A DNA stretch of 63,708 nucleotides, counting the filler, from Reticulomyxa filosa (lineage: Eukaryota > Protista > Foraminifera), in NCBI GenBank assembly GCA_000512085.1. It is 16 parts of 16 records of this genome, joined end to end, with 100 filler letters (N's around TTAATTAATTAA, not from the genome) between each part and the next. Parts side by side here need not be neighbours in the genome. Positions count along the whole stretch, not along the records: positions 50,343 to 51,508 come from ASPP01002065.1; positions 51,609 to 53,238 come from ASPP01028595.1; positions 53,339 to 57,958 come from ASPP01008248.1; positions 58,059 to 59,075 come from ASPP01002569.1; positions 59,176 to 60,604 come from ASPP01004067.1; positions 60,705 to 63,708 come from ASPP01027726.1; 10 more parts are not named here. One strand, given 5' to 3'. Below the pieces are notes generated by a model. The model was not told where the DNA came from and ran no database searches. It saw only the letters and a list, made by a program, of their open reading frames with translations. Below, one piece after another: positions 50,495 through 62,499 of the stretch. Positions within the stretch are counted from its first letter, which is position 1. Each line of letters opens with the position of its first letter. A program made the position numbers and the translations under genes.

Positions 50495-51240
50495 TTTTAA
50501 ATAAAGAAAATTTTGATTAAATATTGTTTTTTCATGGAGAAAATCAAATAAGGTGCGTCAAAGAGATTGGAACATTGATTTGGTTATTTAAAGATTCAAT
50601 CGCCAAAGAAGAACTGCAAGAAAAAATATAGCATCATTGTGAAAATATTGAAGCAACGATTACATGTCTTGTCCAACAATTAATTGAAAAAGAGGTATTC
50701 AAATAAGAAGTGAATGAAACTAATGACATTAACAAGATTGTATAAAAGGAAATGGAAAAAGCAGAAATTGGAGGAATCAATCTACAAGGGTATTGCAAAG
50801 GTTGTAGTAATTCAAAAAAAAATTGTATTTGCATTGTATCGATCATAACGTAAGTTAACACAATTATTATTTTATTTCTTTTTCAATGACACAAATTCCA
50901 TTAACCTCTTTTATCAAATACAATTTATTCTTACGTCCCACTTTTATCTCTCGATTCAGATAAAATTGTATTTGCATCACCAATATTTTCTAATTTATTT
51001 GAAATAATATCTATGATCTTTTGAAGACAATGAATTGTTTTGCTGTTTCAAGATAGACAGATAGTATATCCGTTGCCGTCAATCACATCGTTGTTGCTAT
51101 TGGTTTGCAATTAATTGAATCCATTGAATGTTGCAAAAATATTTGAGACTTAGAAACAGAAATAACTTAATACAAAATAAAAAACAATAAAAATTTCATG
51201 AATCACTAATTTCTTTCAAAAAAAAAAAACAACAAAAATT

Positions 51241-53238
51241 TTATGAAGATTTTCTTTGTTGAAAAATAATGTCATAATCAGTTGTGTCTTGGCTTTCCAC
51301 ACAATACCATTCACCATTTCTATTCTCACGAATATCTTGTTTGATATTGTCCAACATTTTCTTCAATGGATATCCACTTTTGTATTTGGATTTGACAACC
51401 CTTGTCATGCAATTACTTAACAATGAAAAATCAGCAACTTGATGTCCTTGAGTAGTTGACCAAATGGTCAAAAATCCATCGTCATTATGTCCATATAATG
51501 GCATATCTNNNNNNNNNNNNNNNNNNNNNNNNNNNNNNNNNNNNNNNNNNNNTTAATTAATTAANNNNNNNNNNNNNNNNNNNNNNNNNNNNNNNNNNNN
51601 NNNNNNNNTACCTTTATGATCACCATGCCCACATATGATCATTACTAGAGCATCATACTGATTTTTATTTTCTCCAAGCTGCTTGGCCACATTATCTGTA
51701 AAGTCTTCAATTTTTTTTGCATCAATATATAATTCTTCATTATGTACAAATTCATAGTTCAAATTTTTTTTAAACAATTCTTGAAAGTCATTAAGCTCGT
51801 CTTTCACAGCTGAAAGTTCACCAAATGACTTATATTCACAAACAGCAATCATAGCCACCAATGCATTTTTAATAACTTTTGGCACTCTAAGAGGTTGCGA
51901 TCGTTGTATTTTGAAATAAGGCTTTCTAATTTTAAATTCTTTCTCAACAGCTTCATCAGATGTAATAATATTATCCTTCACATCCGCCAATTCGAGTCTC
52001 AAATTTTTTTCTCGCATGTCTCGAATCATCTCGGAAATATATGTATATACATTTATACATATATTTATTTATTTAATAAAAAGTATTCAAACATCAATGT
52101 CAGCTTCAATGCTCGTAGGTATGTCTTCATCTGCCACTTTGGCATCTCCAACCGTATCTTGAGCCTCAATATGATCTATCCATTTGCTCACATCCATTTT
52201 GATGTGTGTATTGATATCTTTCGAGTTTCCATTGCCGCCGAGGATATGGACAAAAGTGTTGTCTGCACTCAACACCGCTGTGCATCCCTTCAGCGCACTG
52301 GGCAAAGTGCAGTCAAATTTAGTCCATTGCTTTGTGGTCATCGAATAGCCATGCACCACATTGATTTGCTCTATCCAGGTAGAGCCTCCAAAAAACAAGA
52401 TCTTGTCACGGACACGCACAAAGCCATAATCATAAACTCCCTTAATATCATCACAAACTCCAATCTCACGAAAGTCAAAGGAGCGATTTTTTTCATCATA
52501 TTGAATCAACAATCCCATTTCTTTTCGGAACAATAACATTTCATTGATAGCTTTTTTTGCATTGGCATTTGTGCGTGCCATTTTGTCGATGCCTTGATCG
52601 CCATTCGACACAAAGCAGTGATAATTTGCACACACTTTTAGCTCAAATTTGCCTTTTGCTTCACGTTCAAATGTATTCAAATTAAACACTGCAATATATT
52701 TTGGATAGTATGTAATGAACAACAAATGATTATTACTTCCACCAACCAATGCACGTGCGCACCGATAATCATCCTCCTCTGTTCCAATCTTTTTCTGACT
52801 TTTCACCCATTTGTTTACATTTTCATCTTCCATTACCTTGCTGCTGCTGCTGCTGCTTTCGTCATCCCAAACACTCTTATATTTCATTTGCAAGGTGTGC
52901 TTCTTATCTTTATCCCCTCCACCAAATGATAACAGTGTAATCCCACTCCAATCTTTATTGTCCGGCAATCTCACCACACAGTGTCCCTCTAATTTCAATT
53001 TCTCGGGATAACTGCAAATGTATTTGTACTCGTTTTTTGCTGTGCTATACGAGTAACAGTTATTGTTCGAATCCCCACCACAAATCAGTATCTCATCTTT
53101 GTATATCACACACTGGCATCGAGACAACGGAGTGGGTAAACTACGCAAGGCTTCAAGCGCTGGCATGTTGTCTGTAGTCAATGTGTCGCAAATTGAACCA
53201 TTTTTACCTGTTGGATGTGCTACGCGTTTAAAGATTGG
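51241..53238 (-). CDS. Kelch-like propeller fused to a caspase-like (peptidase C14) protease
   Basis: Uninterrupted Kelch exon (open from the gap at 53238 to 52093) and phase-0 intron 52092-52030 (GTTTGA...CCGAG). Exon 52029-51609 carries NALVAMIAVCEY...YDALVMIICGHG (p20 with catalytic His). After gap 51509-51608 comes the p10-like DDGFLTIWSTTQGHQV...S, ending at 51241. Confidence 0.78.
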
Positions 53239-53338
53239 NNNNNNNNNNNNNNNNNNNNNNNNNNNNNNNNNNNNNNNNNNNNTTAATTAATTAANNNNNN
53301 NNNNNNNNNNNNNNNNNNNNNNNNNNNNNNNNNNNNNN

Positions 53339-53668
53339 TTTTTTTTTTTTTATGGCCCATTGCGTAGATTTTTTTTTTTTTTCGTTCATTGTTTAGATTT
53401 TTCTTGCGTTTGTAAATACTGCCAACCTTTCGTAAGCGCAAATTGCAACTGTAACTGTCGGCTTTTTGTTGCCAATGCTAAGCTGCAATACTTTGGGATG
53501 TCCAGCAGAGGAGTTTTTTGGATCACTTGATTCCTTCCTCACATTTATCAAGTATGCAAATAGGGCAATTAAAACGTAAAGCATTGCAACGCAGGTCAAC
53601 GACAGTGCACAGACACGGCGCATTCTGAAGGACCCAGTCTCAAGCTTCCGCTGTTTTGACTGTATCAT
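53339..53668 (-). CDS. 5' end of a type II membrane protein, possibly a GT2-like glycosyltransferase (truncated by gap)
   Basis: Short basic N-terminus, TM helix, stem, then PTVTVAICAYER, similar to the first GT-A strand motif (VSVxIxxYNR). Confidence 0.4.
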
Positions 53669-54193
53669 CTGCGCTATTTGCTGCAAGGCTTGACGCGATA
53701 CAAAGCAAAACAGAGAAAATTTTCTTTTTCTACAAAATCGAGAAAAAAAAGGTATTTTTGTTTCTGATGAGACGTCCGTACGTACGAAGGAAGCTTACAA
53801 TCTAGCTTGCTTAAAGTCATTAACAGCTGGCTGTGGTCACTGTAAGCGTAAGTATCGAAAGAGTTCAGGATTGTTGAATGACTCAAATTGCAAAGTTGCA
53901 AATAAAAATTTCAAAAGTCAATGGCAAAAAAAATGTAAAAAAAAAAATGGTTCTTTTATTTTTGTTGGGAATAATGCAAGTACTCGATTTCAAAGTGTTA
54001 ATAATCAGCCGTGTTTTATTTAGTGGTGCTGTGCTATCATCATTAGTTTAATTATTTGAAAAAAGAAAGAACAAGTAGTATATGGTTAGAACGTATGATA
54101 ATAAACACAGAAGCCTTCGTAAATTTTGGTTTGATAGGTCCGTGGTTTAGTCCTCTCCTTTTTTTTTTTGTTTTAGGAGTAGAATATTCGATC

Positions 54194-54470
54194 TCAGTCA
54201 ACAATTTCCATTTCTTGTGAGACATTCATTCCAGCAAACATATCCTCTGCATCGTCAGTTTGCGTTGTCGGAATGGATGACTCTGTTGTGTTCTGTATGT
54301 ATGTGTTTCACCAACATAGGATAGTATAATCACAATGAATATTCCAACAAAAAAATAAAACAGAATGAGCAATTGCAGCAAAGAAGAAAGGAATGATAAT
54401 AGAAATATAGAGTCGTGTGAAAAAAAAAAAAAAGCCTGTACTTGTGTTGTAACATTATTGTCATGTTCGC

Positions 54471-54513
<43 letters not shown>

Positions 54514-57500
54514 CTCTGGCTCTGGTTTCTCTGCATGTTCGTTTCCCTTGTCAGTATCCGTATGTTCCGCAGTCGGGACAGTTTGGGTTTGCAACGTGGT
54601 TGGGGATTGTGCTTTCGATTTGCTAAGTTCCGCTTCCAATTCGGCTACTTTTTTGGTCAGTTCTAGTTTGGTGCCCTTGAGTTGTCCAGCTGTATCGTAG
54701 TTGTCCGTTTCCAATGCCTAAAGTCGGACACAGCAATACGAATTATTTACTCCTCAACATTATTGAGCACATTATAAAAAAAAAAAATATTATATTATGT
54801 AATATATGTATACTTTTTGAATTTGTGTGGTAATATTATTCAATTGATCACGAAGACTGTTCAATTGATTGGTAATTTCTTCAGCGGACAAAACAGGCCT
54901 TAGGGTTGGTTGTTTTTGCTGCTGTTGTTGCTGTTGTTGTTGTTGCTGTTGCTGTTGCAACTTATCCTTTGGCGATAAGGAATTGTTAACGTGACTGACA
55001 ACATCTTGTTTCGTTTCGGGCTCTTCTGGACGAGGAGACGTAATATTCAATTGGGATGTGGCAGGACGAGTATCCGGATTCCATCCGTATTGTTTGGACA
55101 AGGTCGTAATCTCCTCCAAGCACTCTTTAAGTTCTTGTGACAGCACGGACTTTTCCACTTCACTTGTCGCTTTTAAGGTGGTGTTGCTGTCACTCGACTG
55201 CTGCGAAAGCGCCGACTCAAGTGACAGCTTTTGGTCTTGCAGCAAACAGAATCTGGCATTGTCAATCTTTGCTTGGTAATCACGAATTTCCCTTTCCAAT
55301 TGCTTTTCTTTCTCCGTGACTTCGGTGCTTTGTATTTCCAATAATGATCTCTCTTGGTTCAGTTGATCCAAATCAGTCAATGCTTTTTTCTATACTCAAA
55401 AAAAAAAAAAAAAAATAAAAAAAAAAGTCAATGTATTTTTTTTTTTGATATCCAAAAAAATCAATTTAAAATCAATGGTTAAACTCTTTGTTCGGTTTTT
55501 TGTTGGATTTGTGTGTGCAATTTCCCCGCTTCTTTGTAGTTTTCTTCGGCGACGGCCAGGGTTTTTTGTGACAATAGCGCTGGCAGCGTCTCATCCGCCA
55601 CTTGCACAACTTCTCGATAGTGTGCTGCTTTCGCCTCGATTTTCTTTAGTTCGTTTTGCACATTGGTTTTTTTGGTGACTATTTGAGCGAGTTGCGATTG
55701 CGCTTGGCTCACGTGACTTCGCAATTGTGTGTTTTCCTCTTCCCATCGACCCAGGCGCTCGTCACTTTGTTGTAATCGGCTAAGCGTTTCCACTGCTTTC
55801 TGTCATTCACAAATTACACAAAAAGATACAAAATTAAAAGGGGTCTCCTCCTCCTCCCCCCTTTTGCAAATTGAAATAATGAGTTTTTTTTTTTTTTTTT
55901 TTTTTAAAAGGGTATTCTAAACGTCAACATAAGCTTGGATATCATGCAATTCTTGTTGATAGCCCTCTTCCACATTATGGGCATTTTCTCTTTGTTTTTC
56001 CAAATCGGTTTGTTTGTTTTGCAATTCCTGTGAGCATTGTCACATTTATGTGTTATATAAATAAATAAATATATATATATAAAGATACATTTGAACAAAA
56101 TACTAAACAGTAGTATTGGTTTGTAATTTTTGTTTGACTTTTTCCAAGCCCTCTTTTTCGGTCATAATTTCATTGATTTGAGTGTTGTAATTAGCACGAA
56201 TATGTTGTACTTCATCTTTGAGGGAAGAGATAGACTCTTCGATCCCTTTCACTTGCTCTTGTTTTTCGGCCACTTGTTTCAACAGCTGTGTGATTTCCTC
56301 CACGAGAGCATCTCTCTTGCCGATATTGGTGTTCAGCACCGTTTGCACTGGGTCGGTTTCATTCGTGATGTTCTCTTCTATTTTTTCCAGTCCTTGTTCA
56401 TATTTTTCCATTTCATGTCGATTGAGTGACATTTGTTGTTCGATATCTGCCAATGTGTTACTCACCTGTTCTTCTTCGTGGTCAATGCGTTCATTTTCTT
56501 CTCGAGAATATTTTTGCATTGACTCTTCCTTTTTTTTTTTTTTTTTTTTTTGTTTTAAAAAAATCTTTTTTTGTAATTAAACAAAAATGTATAGAAAATG
56601 TACATATGTACATATATATATTTAAATCTCAGTAAATACACACACATACACAAATGTGAAACTAACATGTTTCAAATGAAACGCTTGCAACTTTTGCTGG
56701 ACTTCTTCCGCCTTTCGGATCAAATCTTTTTCATGACGTGACTTTTCCTTTCGGGTGGTAAGTAAAACAGTTTGTAGCTTTTGGATTTTTGATTGGATGT
56801 CCTTCGCCGTGATCTCACAACGACTTATCACATTTTTATGTTTTCAGCATCTTCAAAGTTGTTTTCATCAAAGCTTGCGTCTTCAATTGGGCCGCATTTC
56901 TGCTCTTTTCATTTTCCTCTTCCAATTTTTGTTGCAGTTGATTCATTTCTTGTTTTGTGCGGCTCTTTTTTTTTTTTTTTAATTAAAAAAAAGGGGGGGG
57001 GGGTATCACATTTTTCAATGAAATTTTTTCATTTGTAAAGTCGTACAATAAGTGATATATATATATATATGTATATACATATATATATTACTTATGTTTG
57101 TTATGTAACAAACCTCTTTTTCCAAAGTGACTTTCAAGGCGTTCCACAATCGATTTTCGGCTCTTTCATAATCTTTTTGGGTGCGCTTGACTTGTCCCAT
57201 GATTGAGCTGTCATATTTGATGGACGTGTTACTGGTGGATTCAGTCTCTGGCGGCAAAGGCACAGACACGGACGATTCTATACTTGAGCGTTCTTCCAAC
57301 GCTGGGTTTTTCGTCGGCAATTGGCTATTGGTGATATTCAGATTTGCGAATACATCCTCCCTTGCCGGCGTCACATTGGTTTCCTCACCATTTATGTGTC
57401 CATCTTCTGCTGATATTACATCACTCACTATCGACTCTATTCATTTCATCATTAAAAGCAAGCAAAACATTTCTCATTTTTAAAATAAAAGAATTATACA

Positions 57501-57912
57501 TATACATATATATATATATATATATATGTATTATGTTGTGAATTGGGGGTTGTTGCATCAAATAAAGGAAGAACAATAACCTTGTGGGGTCTTGGATAAA
57601 AAGTTGAAAGCACTGCCACTTTGTCCATCAGATATGAAATTAAACCCTGACGAGGTCGAAAGTCCAACCTGTTCAGTCGGCGTTGCGTCTTCCTCCGTTT
57701 TCATCTCCGACACACTTTTTCTGGCACTTGTGTTCGTTACTGTTAGTCCACTGCCCGTTTTGCCGGCTTGGGTGTCTTTCGTTGGCGGCTGAAAAGCCAG
57801 CGGTTCCGTCACGTTCTATTCGATGTCAATCATTATTGTTGTTATGTAATTTTTTTTTTTAAATATACGAATTTGCGATTTTTTTTTTTTTGAATTGTAT
57901 TATTTGAGACAC

Positions 57913-57944
<32 letters not shown>

Positions 57945-57958
57945 CCCTTTTTTTTTTT
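54194..57958 (-). CDS. Large multi-exon coiled-coil protein with UVR-like motifs (5' end in gap)
   Basis: Chain of exon ORFs at 57558-57812, 57015-57428, 56622-56960, 56103-56519, 55479-55793, 54790-55380 and 54226-54714. Last exon ends ...EMEIVD* at 54194. Contains poly-Q and (EP)n tracts. Confidence 0.75.
54473..54527 (-). repeat. Hexamer repeat encoding (Glu-Pro)n
   Basis: (TCTGGT/TCTGGC)n on +, in frame EPEPEP on -. Confidence 0.9.
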
Positions 57959-58058
57959 NNNNNNNNNNNNNNNNNNNNNNNNNNNNNNNNNNNNNNNNNN
58001 NNTTAATTAATTAANNNNNNNNNNNNNNNNNNNNNNNNNNNNNNNNNNNNNNNNNNNN

Positions 58059-58385
58059 TGAAACTTGTTGCCTTGTAACTTTACTTTTCGAAAATTCGCA
58101 ATATTCGTGTTGTTGGATTGGGCATTTGCCATTGTTTTGTTTCAAATAGCTTTGCAGACATTCCTCTCCAAATAAATACACTTGTCCTGCATTTTCGTGT
58201 TCATCACAATGTAACTCCACTGCGTTGTTTGCCATTTGCTTACAAATATAGCAGAATAACGGATTCAATTTCTCTGCTTTGTTGGTCAACAAAACCCAGT
58301 CTTTGTCATAACAACCAGAACTGGAAAATGTCTCTTTTTCATGTTCCAGGTTTTTTTCATCTCTTTCCACATTCAAGGCCAACAT
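58059..58385 (-). CDS. N-terminus of a RING-like / TRAF-type zinc-finger protein (truncated by gap)
   Basis: CYICKQMANNAVELHCDEH...GEECL..YL....GKCPIQQH..C: a degenerate RING Cys/His spacing of the kind seen at TRAF-like N-termini. Confidence 0.65.
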
Positions 58386-58756
58386 AATCCTTCTTTATTA
58401 TGATGAAGAGTTTTTTTTCTCCAAAAAAAAAAGTTGTATTTAAAAAAAGGGAGAATCTGAACTTTATAAAGTGACTGTTTTTTTAAAAGGTGTAACAATT
58501 TCAATGAAAAAAAGAGCAAGTTTATAATAAAAAAAACAACAAAATAGTCATTCCGAAAGAAGAAAGGTGGATGCCATTCTAGAGTTATCGATGTAAGTAT
58601 TGCAGTTGCGACACTATTTAAGTTTATTATTATGTATTGCAATGAATCACATTTTTTTGCAATTATTTCTTGAATTCTTTTTTCCAAGATTTCTTGTGAA
58701 TAACAAAGATAGCAAGCAATTGACATTAAATGTTTTTTGAAATAATGTAGGATTTT

Positions 58757-58835
58757 CTTCTGTTAATCACATTTGTTTTACATAACACAACAAAACGAAT
58801 ACAAATGTTTTTTGATGATTTTCATTTTTTTAAAG
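58757..58835. repeat. Dispersed repeat family C, copy 2
   Basis: Homologous to 43985-44085. Confidence 0.65.
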
Positions 58836-59175
58836 ACAATATTTATATCCATTGATTTAGTTTGTTTGAATTGACTGTGTTTCTTTCTCCAATTATGTTT
58901 TGTTATTTCATTTGTCTAGAGTCTCTTTGCATATTCCATCGATTTTTTTTGTGTTTCATCAACCAAATAGAAAATGTCAACGTAAAACACCTTTTTCGTT
59001 TTTTTAAAAGGGTCACTTCTTTTTAAAAAAATTAAACTTAAAAAACTTCAGTAACATCAACAACATGGGTAATCANNNNNNNNNNNNNNNNNNNNNNNNN
59101 NNNNNNNNNNNNNNNNNNNTTAATTAATTAANNNNNNNNNNNNNNNNNNNNNNNNNNNNNNNNNNNNNNNNNNNN

Positions 59176-60604
59176 ATCATCATTATCATCATTATCATCA
59201 TTATCATCATTACTGCTATTGCCATTGCTATCATTATCTTCTGTTTGTTCTTGTTCCGCCACTGCCTCTTCGTCATTGTCATCAGTTTGTTGGCCCTCGT
59301 CCTCGTTTTTCTTTTCGTCGGATGGTTGTTCGCTACGAGACTCAGGTTTGTCCTTCATAGCTGCTTTGATTTCCAAATTCCACAGCCTCAAACACATAGA
59401 ATAGTCGGGATTTGTGATATCCTTTCGAATGATAATCGACGCGCATTTGAGCTCCAGGTCTTCCTCGTCTCTGTCTGCGCTGTCTATATTGTCTCTCTGT
59501 TTATTTTCATCGCTATCATTTTCATTATCTGTACGATGTCTCGAGCCTTTCGTTACTGGTTTAGTTGTTTTGCTGTCCAAACGTTCTTGGATCTGGTTTG
59601 TTTTTTCAGGACTGTCACTTTGTGTGTCATCATCATTATCATTATCATTATCATTATTGCTATCATTATCGTTATCGTTATCGTTGTGATTCACAAGAAC
59701 AAATTCTTCGTTGCCACTGGGCATATCATCACTGTTACTCTTTTCTCGAGTCGACTTTGAGTGAGAGTGTTTTGGTGCTTTGGGTCGTGACGTTGTGGTC
59801 GTTGTTTTTGGTTTTGGTTTTGGTTTTGGTTTTGGTTTTGTGTTTAACTTTGACGCTGCTGCAGTTTGGCTTTTCTGTGGCGCGTTTTTATTCTGTGAAG
59901 GATTTTGTTTGGAAGAGTCATCCCACTCTCGCGATTCAAGCCATTGGTCTAACTCTTTCTTTTCACGAGTGCTAAAAGTCACTTTGCTTTCGATCAAGTC
60001 TTCTTCGTTATCATTATCATTACTAGCATCACTATTGTGGGAGTCATAACCGTCTTCTTCTTCTTCTTCTTCTTCTCTCATAAGCTGTTCTAATTCATTT
60101 TCTTCATTGTCGAGGATTTGCTCAATATTTGTTTCATCCCTCACAGCGTTGTTAAACATATCACTGCTGATATTATCATCATCCACATTTTTGTCCTCTT
60201 CTCCATCGTCATCGTCATCGTCATCGTCATCACCATTGTCATCGTCATCATTGTCATCGTCATTGTTTTCATCGTTTTCATCGTTTGAGATGTGTTTTAT
60301 TCTCGGCTTTTTCCTATCAACCAACGATTGAATAGTTTCCAGCGTTCTCTCGTTCGTCAAAGAATTTTCTTCGTCGTCGTCGTCGTCGTCGTCGTCGTCC
60401 ATCATAAAGGAAAACTCATCTCTCTCTTCCTCGTCTTCTTTGCTCTTTGTCCGAGTTGCATCACTCTTCTTCGGCATCTTGGACTGGGCTTTCACTGACT
60501 TTGCCACCTCGACGTTCTTTTTGATCGCTTGTCTGTCCCGATTCTCGTCATTACTGCCATCGTTTTCATCATTGCTGTCATCACCCTCTCCATTGCTGTC
60601 ATCA
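59176..60604 (-). CDS. Partial highly acidic low-complexity protein (both ends in gaps)
   Basis: Frame open for more than 440 codons; D/E/N tracts and (KP)n, with a small globular island LELKCASIIIRKDITNPDYSMCLRLWNL. Confidence 0.75.
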
Positions 60605-60704
60605 NNNNNNNNNNNNNNNNNNNNNNNNNNNNNNNNNNNNNNNNNNNNTTAATTAATTAANNNNNNNNNNNNNNNNNNNNNNNNNNNNNNNNNNNNNNNN
60701 NNNN

Positions 60705-61625
60705 ATATTTACATTCAAACAATTTCATCCAAGAAAGGAAATAAATAAAGTTTATTCTGGATGAATTTTATTCATTTGTAATTTGAAAGATATTGACATA
60801 AACAATATTGTCAGCACAATATAAATATTGTTATATTGATACATCAATTAATGGCCATCTTCAATATGTTATTTACATTAATATATGTCTTACTTTCGTA
60901 AAAAAAAGTGTTATTCATGCACTTATTTTCGAAGGTATTATCATTATACTTAATAAAATTTTTTGCACAATTCAATAAGTGCGAAATTTCAATTTGTACT
61001 TAGATAACAAGAAAAAGATTTATGTTCATATGTTCAATACAGAATTTATTTATTGCGACATATGTAATTCACCAAAGTTATTGCTATTTTTATGTTCATT
61101 TGTATAGCAAATTGATAAATCAACATTTATCAAATTTTATTTTTTATTTCTGATAAAATATCAGATAATTTTATTCAAATCGTTTTTAATATGCCACAAA
61201 TAATGGAACATACAATTCAAATAAGCATTTTATCGTCGTAATGGATCAATTAAAAATTATTTTCAATTGTATCTGAACAAGTCCATTTTTCAAAAATTTA
61301 TTAAAAGTTTTAAAGAAATTGTATAGAAAAAATTATCATTATTTAAATATGTTGTACCACGCTCGAAAATAAGCACATGAATAACACGTTTTTAAAATTC
61401 TTTTATTCAACAGTTTTTATTTTTTATTTTGTTTTGAACAGAATTGTTTTTTGCAACAAAGTTTGAATTTTATTGTGAGTAAGATATCTATATATGTATA
61501 TAAAACAACAAATTGAATATGACAATCTTTATTTGTGTATCATTCCAACAATTACTGCTAGCATTGCAAAAAATTCATCCAAATAAACTTTTTTTTCCTT
61601 CGATGAAATCGTTCACATGTAAATC
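60705..61625. mobile_element. About 920-bp degenerate foldback (long inverted repeat) element
   Basis: 60908-60932 vs 61363-61387 are reverse complements at 23/25; 60747-60769 vs 61570-61591 match with a 1-nt indel; the outer atttacat/atgtaaat pair; small central hairpins. Confidence 0.75.
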
Positions 61626-62499
61626 TGAATATTATCAAACTTGCATTTTCATTAACATTAATGCTTTTACATGAATGATATATTTATTTCAAATAAATAA
61701 GCGACTCTTCATTATTATTCTTACAGCATGTAATTCCATAGACAAATCACAGTCTTTTCTCTATGACTTTATAGTCTTTTGGATAGTGAATCATCTTTGG
61801 AAAAAATGTATTTAAATGCACTCATTAATTGTACATTATCATAAAGTGAATAACTAGGTGGCTGGTCATATTATGGAAAAATTAAAAGAAAAATTGATAT
61901 TGTTAAAGAGAGTTGTAAAAAAAGAAAAAAACAACTTCATTTTTTTAATCAATCCTTACGACACGTAAGCCATTGAAATATTTTCTCATCGAAATAAGGG
62001 ATTTGCAGAACAATCAAATGATCGAGATTTTAAAAAGATGTTGTACAATTCAATACAACGTATTTATCACCATCACTGCCACTACTAAGCAGATGAAATC
62101 AAAACATTGTGAAATGCGAGTGCAAGAGCTTGATTTGTTCATTATTTACTTTTTATAAGATTTTTAGAATTTGAATTATACTACATTTTTTATCATTGCA
62201 TTCTTCATATCCAATTTTTTGTAAACAATATTTCACACTTACAAAATACTTGATTCAACATTTTCATTACATTTGACTTGTCAATTGTTGTATTAAAATT
62301 ATATCAATGGTGTGTTTAAAGATTGGAGTAATTGTGTTACAATTGTATTCAATTAATTTTCAAAAGATAGATTATTCAAATTATTTATTCAATTGCTTTG
62401 TTTGAATCTAATCGCCTTTTATCAACACAAGCTTGTTCATTCCAGTTTTAAGTTTTTTTCATATTTTTGTTCAAGCTTTTCCACAAGAAAGATATTGCA

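Noticed and set aside
50560-51130. Coding-like remnants (GINLQGYCKGC on +; a helical fragment on -)
   Set aside because: Multiple stops, and no family could be supported by eye.
59806-59840. (GGTTTT)n as a telomeric repeat
   Set aside because: It is short, internal and in frame as Lys-Pro repeats of the minus-strand ORF.
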